A DNA stretch of 64,000 nucleotides from Candidatus Wolfebacteria bacterium RIFOXYD12_FULL_48_21 (GTDB lineage Bacteria > Patescibacteriota > Minisyncoccia > UBA6257 > UBA9933), in the NCBI GenBank assembly GCA_001793945.1, contig MGIW01000003.1, positions 129,630 through 193,629 on the forward strand, read 5' to 3'. The translations under genes were made by a program, and so were the position numbers. Below, one piece after another: positions 40,662-50,500 of the stretch; positions within the stretch are counted from its first letter, which is position 1, and each line of letters starts with the position of its first letter. Under the pieces are notes generated by a model. The model made no database searches and was not told the origin of the DNA. It worked only from the letters and a program-made list of their open reading frames with translations.

Positions 40662-41208
40662 CTCTCTTTCCCGGTCTACATGGGGTTGGCGAACTGCTGC
40701 GTTGCCTTCCTCGCGCCCTTCCTCGAAGGAGGGTCACTCCATCTCGGTCGTTCGCTCGTTGGCGCCTTGCACTTCATCCAACCGCATGTAGCCGGTTTTT
40801 TAATATAAACAATACTATCCCTTCGACGGATTTTCATGCATAGCAGATGAATCAAGGGAGTGACTCTTTTGCCATGAATACGAAATATCCAAAAGGGTTC
40901 CGAACATCTTTAACAGTACCTGCGTCATCGCTTCTTTTTACTCGCGATGCCGTATGTTTCCCATTAAAGTTTGCCGCTCCGGTATTTTAAATCACAAAGT
41001 TTATTTGTCATCCCGAGCCCATTCGACAAGCTCAGGGTAAACGGAGCCGAGGGGTCTGCTTTTTACTACAGATTCCTCGATTTCGCGGGGGTACCGCTCC
41101 ACTCGGAATGACACACTTTGTAATTTTATTTATCGGTGGCTATTCCAAATTAAGGGTTGTCTTGTAAAATCCGCCATGGGCGAACTGCGCGACAAGCCTC
41201 AAAAAGGG

Positions 41209-41282
41209 TGGGTGATGAGGGATTCGAACCCCCGACCCTCTCGGTGTAAACGAGATGCTCTAACCAACTGAGCTAATCACCC
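41209..41282 (-). tRNA. tRNA-Val(TAC)
   Basis: GGGTGATTAGCTCAGTTGGTTAGAGCA-TCTCG-TTTACAC-CGAGA...GGTTCGAATCC-TCATCACCCA. Confidence 0.96.
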
Positions 41283-41621
41283 GAATTGACTAATAACTAC
41301 TAACTAATAACTTATAACAAAATACGATTTGACTCCTCTAAAAAGTGTTTCCATAATACCTTTACTTATTGCATTAGTCAATGTTTCTACGGATAAAATA
41401 GGCGCATTATCATCCCGTGCTCAAGCCTGTCCGCCAGCCGGCGGAACACGGGATCCAGAGTTTTTACATTGGCGATACTTAGGCATTCAGACCCTGGATT
41501 CCCGTTTTCCCTCCCAAGGTGGGCAGGCACGGGAATGACAATGCGGGGAGATAACCGATGACCAATAACTAATGACCGATAACGGGATGCAATGGAATGA
41601 AAATGCGGGGATGCGGGGGGG

Positions 41622-42218
41622 TTATCTGTCTCCGTTTGGGAGCTGGGCGTCTTCCTTTATGGAGCGGCTGATCAGGCTTTCCACATAGATCATTCCTAAA
41701 AAGAACAGGGCTGTGAATATCGCCACTGTTTTTATGTCTTTTTTCCACAATTCGGCCCGTTCGGCGAACACATACCCTACCGAAACAAATGTTGTCGTCC
41801 AAATAAATGCAGCGGGGATGCTGTATTTAAGCAGTTTTTTGAATGGGGTTCTGAAATATCCGCTCGACATAAGCATAAATCGGTTCATTCCCCATGCGAA
41901 TTTTGACATAAAAATATACAATCCCTCGCGTTTTTTGAGCTTTTTGAACATATTTTCCAGCTTTTCCACATCAAAAATCCAAAATTTCTTTCTTTCCCCC
42001 GCGCCTACCTTCATTCCTATGGCCCAATACCCAATATCGTGCAAAATAACCGCGCAAAATGCCACTAAAATGGTATCCATGAAGTCGATAACCTGCCCGC
42101 GTACCAAAATGCCCGCCAAAATAAGGAACATCTCCCCCTCGATGAACATGCCCAAAAACACGATCATATAGGTCGCAATAAGGCCTATTTGGGTAAATTG
42201 CAGCAACAATGCCTCCAT
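41622..42218 (-). CDS. DedA-family membrane protein
   Basis: FIEGE...LAG, DIGYWAIG, IFMSKFAWG, IWTTTFVSVGYVF. Confidence 0.85.
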   Translation of the reverse strand: MEALLLQFTQIGLIATYMIVFLGMFIEGEMFLILAGILVRGQVIDFMDTILVAFCAVILHDIGYWAIGMKVGAGERKKFWIFDVEKLENMFKKLKKREGLYIFMSKFAWGMNRFMLMSSGYFRTPFKKLLKYSIPAAFIWTTTFVSVGYVFAERAELWKKDIKTVAIFTALFFLGMIYVESLISRSIKEDAQLPNGDR

Positions 42219-42301
42219 ATTTTGTATCATATCATTGCTTTGGGGGATAAAAAAGCCCGCCCATATCGCTATAGGCGGGTTATTCTCCTTAGGGAAGGCC
42301 A

Positions 42302-42727
42302 CTAGTCGAACATCCAGTCCTTGAGGACCCACTGTTCCACCTGCTGTTGGCCGTTGCCATTGAACCGGAATACCTTTTCGGTCGTCCCGATCACCCTGTT
42401 GCCGTACCGGCTATAGGCGACCACAAGCATGTGCACCACTTCTTCTCCGTGCACATGGTTCTTGATCTTGATGTCCACCGACTGCTTGGGTAGGTAAAAC
42501 ATCGGGAGTTCCGTTCCGTTTTGCACGAGCCGTATCTTGTATTGGCTCGCGTTTACGACCATGAGGTAGGAACTGTAGTAAAATGAGTTCTTACCCCCAT
42601 GCGTATACTCCTGCCGGTAATCCTGCTTATGCTCTACAGGAACTGCGGTGTAAATAGTAACCCCTTTTACTCCGCACCCACACAATAGGCACAGGGCCGC
42701 TAATGCGGCAATCGCCGTTTTCTTCAT
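42302..42727 (-). CDS. Hypothetical lipoprotein
   Basis: GGAGG SD, MKKTAIAALAALCLLCGC lipobox-like signal; ATGA overlap with upstream gene. Confidence 0.75.
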   Translation of the reverse strand: MKKTAIAALAALCLLCGCGVKGVTIYTAVPVEHKQDYRQEYTHGGKNSFYYSSYLMVVNASQYKIRLVQNGTELPMFYLPKQSVDIKIKNHVHGEEVVHMLVVAYSRYGNRVIGTTEKVFRFNGNGQQQVEQWVLKDWMFD

Positions 42728-42966
42728 TTCCGGCCTCCTTTTTTCCGGTTGCCCCTTTGCTGTTCCAGCGTATAGGATGCTGCCATGAACAAGCACCCGA
42801 TCAATACCCACAGAGCCCCGAGCACAATAGACGAGACTCCCACCGGTCTTCCCATTGCCGCCGTGCTTTTCAGCGCCGCAAACCCGTCACTTGTGACCTT
42901 GGCGCCAATTACGATAATGCCAAACGCCGAGAGCCTCTGTATGTACTTCCCGAGCTTTTCTCTCAT
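42724..42966 (-). CDS. Hypothetical 2-TM protein
   Basis: ATG 42966 with GGAGG SD; promoter TTGACT-17-TAAAAT at 43013-43041. Confidence 0.7.
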   Translation of the reverse strand: MREKLGKYIQRLSAFGIIVIGAKVTSDGFAALKSTAAMGRPVGVSSIVLGALWVLIGCLFMAASYTLEQQRGNRKKGGRK

Positions 42967-43325
42967 GTTCCTGCCTCCCCATAGTAGTGGTTTTTGACTA
43001 AGTTCTAATATAATTTTACAACTTTTGTTTACTTTAGTCAATCCCCATATAACTAACACACACTTCGGACAAAAAGAGGCGTGGTACTTGATGGTTATGA
43101 ATGAGTTTGTCATTCCGAGCGCAGCGGAGCGGAGTCGAGGAATCTGTTGCTACCAACAACTTTAGATTTCTCAACAGGATAGGGGACGGGGATCCAGGTT
43201 TTCTATAGCGGTGTCCGCTTTGCGCAAAAGACTCTGGATTCCGGCCTCCGCCGGAATGACAATACGGTATGGAAGGTGGACTATAAAAATATCCGTCCGC
43301 CAGCTGGCGGACGGATATTTTTATG

Positions 43326-45131
43326 TTATTTCGTCAATTCACTCTCTATTTCCTTAAGGAACACGCTTGTTTTCTTTATGCCCAGGTCGCCCTCGCCTCG
43401 CTTGCGAATGGCCACGCTTTTGGCGGCGACTTCCTTATCGCCGATAACCAATAGGTAGGGGATGCGTTTCATTTCCGCTTCGCGGATCTTTTTGCCAACG
43501 CTCCCGTCATAATCAGCCACTTCTACGCGCGCGCCCAATGCTTCAAGCTGGGCTGCGACTTCTTTTGCGTATGGAAGATGAGCTTCGCCCACATTGATGA
43601 CCTTGCACTGCACGGGGGATAGCCATGTCGGCAGGTCGCCCGCGGTCGTTTCGAGTAAGAATGAAAAGAACCGTTCGAATGACCCGAGGATGGCCCGGTG
43701 TATGACGACCACCGGCTGCTCCGTTCCATCTTTGTCTATGTAATTCAAGTTGAACTTTGCCGCGGAGTAGTAGTCTACCTGAATGGTCGCGATAGTATCT
43801 TCCTTTCCGTAAATGTTCTTGATCTGAATGTCTATCTTCGGCCCGTAGAACGATGCCTCGCCAAGCCCTTCGACGAATTCAAGTTTGAGCTTTTTAAGCA
43901 CGCTTCTCAGCACGCTTGCGCCGTCTTCCCACATTTTTTTGTTTTTTACATCGCCGTATTTCTCCTTGTTCTTGAAGTCGGGGAGGGAAAGGCGGAACCA
44001 GTAGCCACCGATGTTAAAATCATCGTAGACTTCCTTGAACAATTCGAGAATGCCGATTATTTCCGCTTCCAATTGTTCCTGCGTGGCGTAGATGTGCGAA
44101 TCGTTTTGGGTAAACCCGCGCGTGCGGATCATGCCGCTTAATGTTCCCGATCGTTCAAAGCGGAACACATTGCCGAACTCGGCCATGCGAAACGGCAGGT
44201 CGCGGTAGCTCATCAATTTATGGTTGTAAATCGAGTGATGATGTGGGCAGTTCATAGGGCGCAAATAGTAGCGCTCTCCCTCTATCTCGATCGGTGCGTA
44301 CATGTCTTCCTTATAATGGGCGAGGTGTCCGGAGGTTTTATACAACCCCTCTTTGGCCAAAATAGGCGTCAAAACATGCTTGTATCCAGCCTTTTGCTCC
44401 TTGTCGTACATGTAGGTTTCAATCAAGTGTCGCACCAAATATCCGTTCGGAAGCCACAAGGGGAGCCCTTTGCCGATCTTTTCATCTACCATAAACATGT
44501 CGAGTTTTTCGGCAAGCACGCGATGGTCGCGGCGCTCCGCCTCTGCCAACATATGCAAATGCGCTTCGAGATCTTCTTTTGTTTCAAAGGCAAGGCCGTA
44601 GATACGCGTAAGCATCGGGTTCTTTTCCGAACCTTTCCAATATGCCCCGGCGATCTTTTGCAGTTTAAATGCTTCCGGATTTATTTCTTTGGTCGATGCC
44701 ACATGCGGGCCCGCGCATAAATCGGCAAAAATCACTTCTTTACCGCTTTTTGTCGCGTACATCGTCGGCTCTTTGCCGTCTTTTTTTAGATCCTTGATCA
44801 GCTCCAATTTATATGGCTGATTTTTGAAAAACTTTTTTGCTTCGTCGTAGGTGGTCTTTTCTTTTTTAAACACCAACTCTTTTTTCATCAATCCGCGCAT
44901 GCGGTTTTCAAGCGCCTGCAAGTCTTTATCGGTCACTTTTGCGTTTCCAAAATCGAAATCATAATAAAATCCGTTTTCTATCACCGGCCCGATGCCGAGC
45001 TTGGTTCCCGAAAACTGCTTCAAAACCGCCTCTGCCAATAAGTGGGAAAGGGAGTGCCTGACCTTTTCCAAATTGTTGCCCATAGCTTTTTTACTAACAG
45101 CTTTTTTGATCGTTTTTTTCGTCGTTTTCAT
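43326..45131 (-). CDS. thrS: Threonine--tRNA ligase
   Basis: RHSLSHLLA, DLCAGPH, RDHR, RPMNCPHH, FYGPKID, VIHRAILGSFERF. Confidence 0.98.
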   Translation of the reverse strand: MKTTKKTIKKAVSKKAMGNNLEKVRHSLSHLLAEAVLKQFSGTKLGIGPVIENGFYYDFDFGNAKVTDKDLQALENRMRGLMKKELVFKKEKTTYDEAKKFFKNQPYKLELIKDLKKDGKEPTMYATKSGKEVIFADLCAGPHVASTKEINPEAFKLQKIAGAYWKGSEKNPMLTRIYGLAFETKEDLEAHLHMLAEAERRDHRVLAEKLDMFMVDEKIGKGLPLWLPNGYLVRHLIETYMYDKEQKAGYKHVLTPILAKEGLYKTSGHLAHYKEDMYAPIEIEGERYYLRPMNCPHHHSIYNHKLMSYRDLPFRMAEFGNVFRFERSGTLSGMIRTRGFTQNDSHIYATQEQLEAEIIGILELFKEVYDDFNIGGYWFRLSLPDFKNKEKYGDVKNKKMWEDGASVLRSVLKKLKLEFVEGLGEASFYGPKIDIQIKNIYGKEDTIATIQVDYYSAAKFNLNYIDKDGTEQPVVVIHRAILGSFERFFSFLLETTAGDLPTWLSPVQCKVINVGEAHLPYAKEVAAQLEALGARVEVADYDGSVGKKIREAEMKRIPYLLVIGDKEVAAKSVAIRKRGEGDLGIKKTSVFLKEIESELTK

Positions 45132-45233
45132 AGTGATGATATTACCCTTATTAAACGCCAAACCAACCAAAATTGCAAAACGCCAAATGTAACGATGTCT
45201 GACATCGTTACATTTGCGTGCTATTATATAAAC

Positions 45234-45914
45234 ATGTCTGAACTATACCATGCTCTTAACCGAGGAGTTGATAAGAAGAAAATATTTCTGGACAAACAGG
45301 ACCACTTGCGATTTATTCATGACCTTTATGAATTCAATGACGAAGCTCCGGCGAGCAATAATTGCCACGGCTTTCGCCGGATGCCGGTTAAATGTAACGA
45401 TGTCGGACGTCGTTATATTAAACGATCCCGATTGGTTACCATCCATGCATTCTGTCTCATGCCAAACCATTATCATCTGCTTTTAAGCCCGCGCGTCGAG
45501 AATGGTATCCCTTTATTTATGAAGAAGTTGAATGGCGGATATGCAAAGTATTTCAACGAACGATACGATCGAAAAGGGACATTATTTGAGGGAAGGTATA
45601 AGTCGGTGCCGGTAACGGCGCAATCACACTTTATTCACTTGCCCTATTATATTCACTTGAACCCGTTGGATATGTTTGATCACGGATGGCGGGATCGGGT
45701 AGTTCATAGCCATGCCGATACCATAAAATATTTGGAAAATTATCGATGGTCGAGCCATTTGGACTATTTGGGGAAAAAGAATTTCCCCTCGGTTACACAA
45801 CGAGAGTTCCTGCTCGAATTTTTTGGAGGACAGGAGGGATACGCGCAAGCGTTAGCCCAATGGGTCAAAGATATTAGTATCAACGAGATACATGACATCA
45901 TCTTAGAAAAGTGA
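45234..45914 (+). mobile_element. REP-associated tyrosine transposase (Y1/HUH, RAYT-like) flanked by palindromes
   Basis: YHALNRG, FCLMPNHYHLL (HUH), YFNERYDRKG.LFEGRYK, YIHLNP, YRWSS; palindromes at 45184-45216, 45391-45419 (internal), 45930-45956. Confidence 0.92.
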
Positions 45915-46025
45915 CTGCAGTAAACGCAAATGTAACGATGTCAGACGTCGTTACATCGCAAGGTGTGCATAAAAAGAAAGGCCCCGATTGCTCGGGGCTT
46001 TTTGTCGCTTCCTTAATCGCCGTTT

Positions 46026-46457
46026 TTATTCGTGGCGTTTGAGGCTGATACACTTTCGCTCGTTCGTTCGGGTATTGAGGGAGTAGGTGACGGTCATTTT
46101 CGTTCCGGGCTTTACCGCATCAAAGATCTGCGGGCTTACCCATTCGGCGAATGAATAGCCGTCATTGCAGTTGATCTGCAGCATCAGCTCACATTCTCCC
46201 GTTTTTCGGACATACTTCAATTCACCGTAGGGAACCTGTATCACGGGGGCGCCACTGTTAACGCGCGGGTAGCAGACATACTTCATCGCCACCCCTCCCT
46301 CCACCTCGTGGACCGAACTGGTCGGGTTTTTCTGCTCTTTTTTGGCTCCCCTTCGGTCTCTCACAAGGTTTAAAATAATCACCGCGAGACCGCCAATCGT
46401 TACAAAAATTGCCCCCATGACCAGCCCGAGACCCAGTTGGGCCAATAGCTTATCCAT
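46026..46457 (-). CDS. Hypothetical single-TM protein
   Basis: 143-aa ORF with AGGAGG SD, followed by the shared GCCCCGAGCAATCGGGGC terminator. Confidence 0.7.
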   Translation of the reverse strand: MDKLLAQLGLGLVMGAIFVTIGGLAVIILNLVRDRRGAKKEQKNPTSSVHEVEGGVAMKYVCYPRVNSGAPVIQVPYGELKYVRKTGECELMLQINCNDGYSFAEWVSPQIFDAVKPGTKMTVTYSLNTRTNERKCISLKRHE

Positions 46458-46590
46458 TTTTGTCGCCCTCCTTTTTGCGCTCTTTTAAAACCAGAGCGAT
46501 AAATGCCAACCATGAAAAAGCTACCAAAACGAGCGTAGCTATCCCTAAAAACTCCGGGTTTTCAGAAAACAACATCCTTATGTATTCCAT
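46450..46590 (-). CDS. Small membrane protein (46 aa)
   Basis: Below ORF-track cutoff: MEYIRMLFSENPEFLGIATLVLVAFSWLAFIALVLKERKKEGDKNG; GGGAG SD; promoter TTGACA-17-CACTAT at 46636-46664. Confidence 0.6.
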   Translation of the reverse strand: MEYIRMLFSENPEFLGIATLVLVAFSWLAFIALVLKERKKEGDKNG

Positions 46591-46675
46591 ACCTTTTCTC
46601 CCGTCCAAAAGTAATATTGAAAATCTACTGGGTTTATAGTGTCATTTATTTACCTGTTTGTCAACTTTTGCCAAT

Positions 46676-46987
46676 AAAAAAGGCCCAGCGACATGTGTCG
46701 CCGGGCCTTGGAAGGCTTGCTGCTGAAGAAGTGAGGTAGTCTTTGTGGTGCTGAACCCACCTGACACGGCTTATTCCCCCAAGGTGATGGGGTACACGAC
46801 CTATTTGCCCCTGATGTTTTAATTGAGGTGCCCCCCCATAAAGCAAAGTGCCCTTCGCCCATCAGAAACTACTAATTCGCTTTGCCGATACCGTGTCCGA
46901 TCCAGCGCCCCGATGACGGAGCGGTATCCCCTTGTCCCCCACCTCTCCGGAGTTCTCCAGCAGCAAACTGCTAATCTCAATGATACT
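46676..46987 (-). ncRNA. Candidate structured non-coding RNA of unknown family
   Basis: Promoter TTGACA-17-TAAGAT (46994-47022), 14-bp closing helix 46953-46966/46717-46730, internal helices, terminator 46676-46709, no credible ORF. Confidence 0.65.
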
Positions 46988-47563
46988 GGGGGAATCTTAG
47001 CCAATTGAGTAGTCCGTGTCAATGGCGCGGGATAGGAGGGTGGGTATAAAGTATAAGGTATACAGTATAGGGTATGGGTGGGGTAATTTATAATTTTTAA
47101 TTTCTAATTTCTAATGAGGGAGGCGGGGATCCAGTATTCTCTGCGGTAGTGACACAGGGATATCTATACTCTGGATCCCGTGTCCCCGTATCGTGGTACG
47201 GGGCAGGCTGCGCACGGGATGACAATGCGGGGAGGAGAGGAGGGTATAAAGTATAAGGTATACAGTATAGGGTATGGGTGGGGTACGGGGGAGGGAGAAA
47301 AGAGATAAGAGGTGAGAGATGAGAGGGAAGGGGGAAATAACTTATGCCTGATAACGGATAATTAATAACGGGATGCGGGATACTAACTACTAACTAATGA
47401 CCGATGACGGGGGCCGGGGTGGAGACAGGAGGTTAGGGGTAAGGGAAAAGAGAGGGGAAGGAGAGTAATGTGCAAAAAGTCGGCGCATGCGCCGACTTTT
47501 TATTCTGTTATTGGCTATGAGTTATAGGTTATTGGTTATTGGTTATAGGTTATAGGTTCTTAG

Positions 47564-50500
47564 TCAGATAAGCTCCACCGCGCCTTCGCAGATGAACTTC
47601 ATTTCTGTATCTTTTGCGGAGAGTTTGCCCTCTGCGACGATCAGTTTGTTTTCCACCCAGAGGTTCGGGTTGCGCGCGAGCGTTTCCGTGAACACGATTG
47701 CTTCGATGCTTTCGTTCGCGTCTTCAATGCGGGCAAATGCCATCGGCTTTCCTGCTTTAGTGGTTATCTTTTTTACTCCCGTTACCACGCCGGCGATGCG
47801 ATGCTTTTGTTGGTCTTTCTGCTCCAGCTGCAGTAGGTCACGAATAGATTTTACCTTGTATTGCACCAACTGTGCCTTGTGTTCGGAAAGGGGATGGTCG
47901 GAAATGTACAACCCGAGCAGTTCTTTTTCCCAGTTCAGCTTGTCCTTTTTAGAAATAGGCTCGGCATCCCTTAGATTCAAAACGCTTTTCGAATAGACCG
48001 TACCAAAGAGATTGTTTTGATTGGATACCTCATTCTTTTTCATCGTCTGCGAATACCGCAATATCTCGTCCATGTTCGCGAGTACCTTTCCCCGCTCAAG
48101 CTTGAACGAATCAAATACGCCGGCCTTGGTCAAACTTTCTATTGATTTTTTATTGATGTCCTTGTGCTTTACGCGCGTCAGGAAATCCTCGAGATCCACA
48201 TACGGTCCGCCGGCCTGTCGTTCGGCAATGATCGCTTCGACCACCGCGGCCCCTACATTTTTTATCGCCTGCAATCCGAATCGGATGCTCGTTCCTTGCG
48301 GAGCAAAGCTTACCGCACTTTCGTTTATGTCAGGCGGTAGCACCAACACGCCGTGCTTTTTTGCCTCATCTATTAGAAACGCGATGCGTTCCACATCGTC
48401 GCTTTCCGAGTTGAAAAGCGCCGTCATAAACTCAATAGGGTAGTGTGCCTTCAAGTACGCCGTCTGGTAACCTATCAATCCATAGCAGACGCTGTGCGAT
48501 CGGTTGAAACCGTATTTCGCGAACGGCGGGAACAATTCCCATATCTTCCGGGCTATCTTTTCGTTGATACCATTGGCGATCATACCGTTGATTAGCTTTC
48601 CCTCCTGCTCGTCGAGCAGTGCTTTGATCTTTTTGCCGATCGCCTTGCGCAATGTGTCCGCCTCGGCAAGCGTGTATCCGGCAAGGTCGCGCGCGATGCG
48701 CATCATCTGCTCCTGATAAATGCCGATGCCGTAGGTTTTTCCAAGGATCGGCGCGAGCATGGGGTGCAGAAGTTTTACTTCTTCACGGCCATACTTTCGG
48801 TTGATATAATCCGGGATCAGTTCCATTGGGCCCGGGCGATAGAGTGCCACCATGGCGACGACATCTTCGAATTCGGTTGGCTTTAGTTCCTTTAGATAGC
48901 GGCGCATGCCTGCGGATTCAAACTGGAACACTCCCACCGTATCGCCATTTTGCAGCACCTCAAATGTTTGCGCGTCATCCAGCGGAATGTCTGAAATATT
49001 TACAAGCTCTCCCGTGCTTTCCTGTACCAATCGCAATGCCTCTTCGATGATCGTCAGGTTTCGCAGTCCGAGAAAGTCCATTTTGAGCAACCCAAGTTTT
49101 TCAACGATTCCTTGTTCAAATTGCGTAATGACCGAATTTTCATTTTGCGGCGATCGCTGCAACGCCACCACATCGGTTAGCGGTTCCGCGGAAATGATAA
49201 TGCCGCACGCGTGCACCGACGCATGCCGGGCAACTCCTTCGAGTTTCTTTGCGGCGTCTATCAGCTTTTTTGCATCCGGATTTGTGGCATACATCGTGCG
49301 CATTTCTTCCACCGCGTCGAGCGCCTGTCCAAGATTTTTTACCGGAGTCGGGGGAGCGGGAACCAGCTTTGCCACCTGATCACAAAATGCATAGGGCAAG
49401 CCAAGCGCGCGACCTGCGTCGCGAATTGCCGCCCGTGCCGCCATTGTTCCGAATGTAATGATCTGCGCAACCCGGTCTTCTCCATATTTCTGCCGCACAT
49501 AATTTACTACTTCGTCGCGCCGCTTGTCGGCGAAATCAATATCAATATCGGGCATTTGGATGCGATCGGGATTCAGAAACCGCTCAAACAAAAGATCATA
49601 TTTGATCGGGTCCACATCGGTAATGTTCAGCACATAGGCTACGAGGCTTCCCGCCGCCGATCCTCGGCCCGGCCCCACCACCACCCCGTGATCGCGCGCC
49701 CATTTAATAAAATCTTGCACGATCAAAAAGTAATCGGCATACCCTGTGTTTCGTATAACGCCAATTTCGTATTCCATTCGATCGCTCACTTCCTGTGTAA
49801 TTTCTTTGTAGCGCGACGAGAGCCCTTCCCGTATTATTTTTTCGAGATAGTCCATGCTATCCATCCCTCCGGGTGTGGCAAACTTCGGCAAACGCACCAC
49901 ATCCAGCTCAAGCTCCACATTGCATCGCTCCGCTATCTTTGCCGTGTTTTCTATCGCTTCGGGAATATCGGCAAACCACTCTGCCATTTCTTCGGGCGAG
50001 TTCATTGCATAATTTTCATCCATCATAGACATGCGCCCTATGTCGTTCACCGTATTGCCGGTCTGGACCGCAAGTAAAATGTCTTGATATTGCGCATCTT
50101 CCGGGCGCGCATAATGAATATCTTTTGTTGCCACTACGGGGATGCCGAGTTTTTTCGCGATAGTTTTTAATCCTTTTACCGCGATATCCGCATCCGGAAT
50201 GTTCGGCAAATGCCATATTTCAATAAAAAAATTATCTTTGCCAAACAGATCCCTATACTCTTTTGCCACAGCCTCCGCTTCTTCCATTCGGCCGTGCACG
50301 CATAGTTGGGCTATTTCTCCGCCAAGACAACCGGACAGCGCAATAATCCCTTCGTGCCACTGCGCCAAGATCTCCCTATCTACTCGCGGCTTATAATAAA
50401 ACCCCTCCAAGTGCGAGCTTGAAGACAATTTAAGCAGGTTTTTCCAACCTTTTTCGCTCTCGCAGAGTAATGTGAGGTGGTTATAATTTTCCTTTGTTTT

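Noticed and set aside
46717-46966. RNase P RNA, tmRNA or SRP RNA as identity of the structured region
   Set aside because: Hallmark motifs absent; GUGUCAGGU resembles SRP helix 8 only partially and lacks the GGAA loop and AGCAG partner
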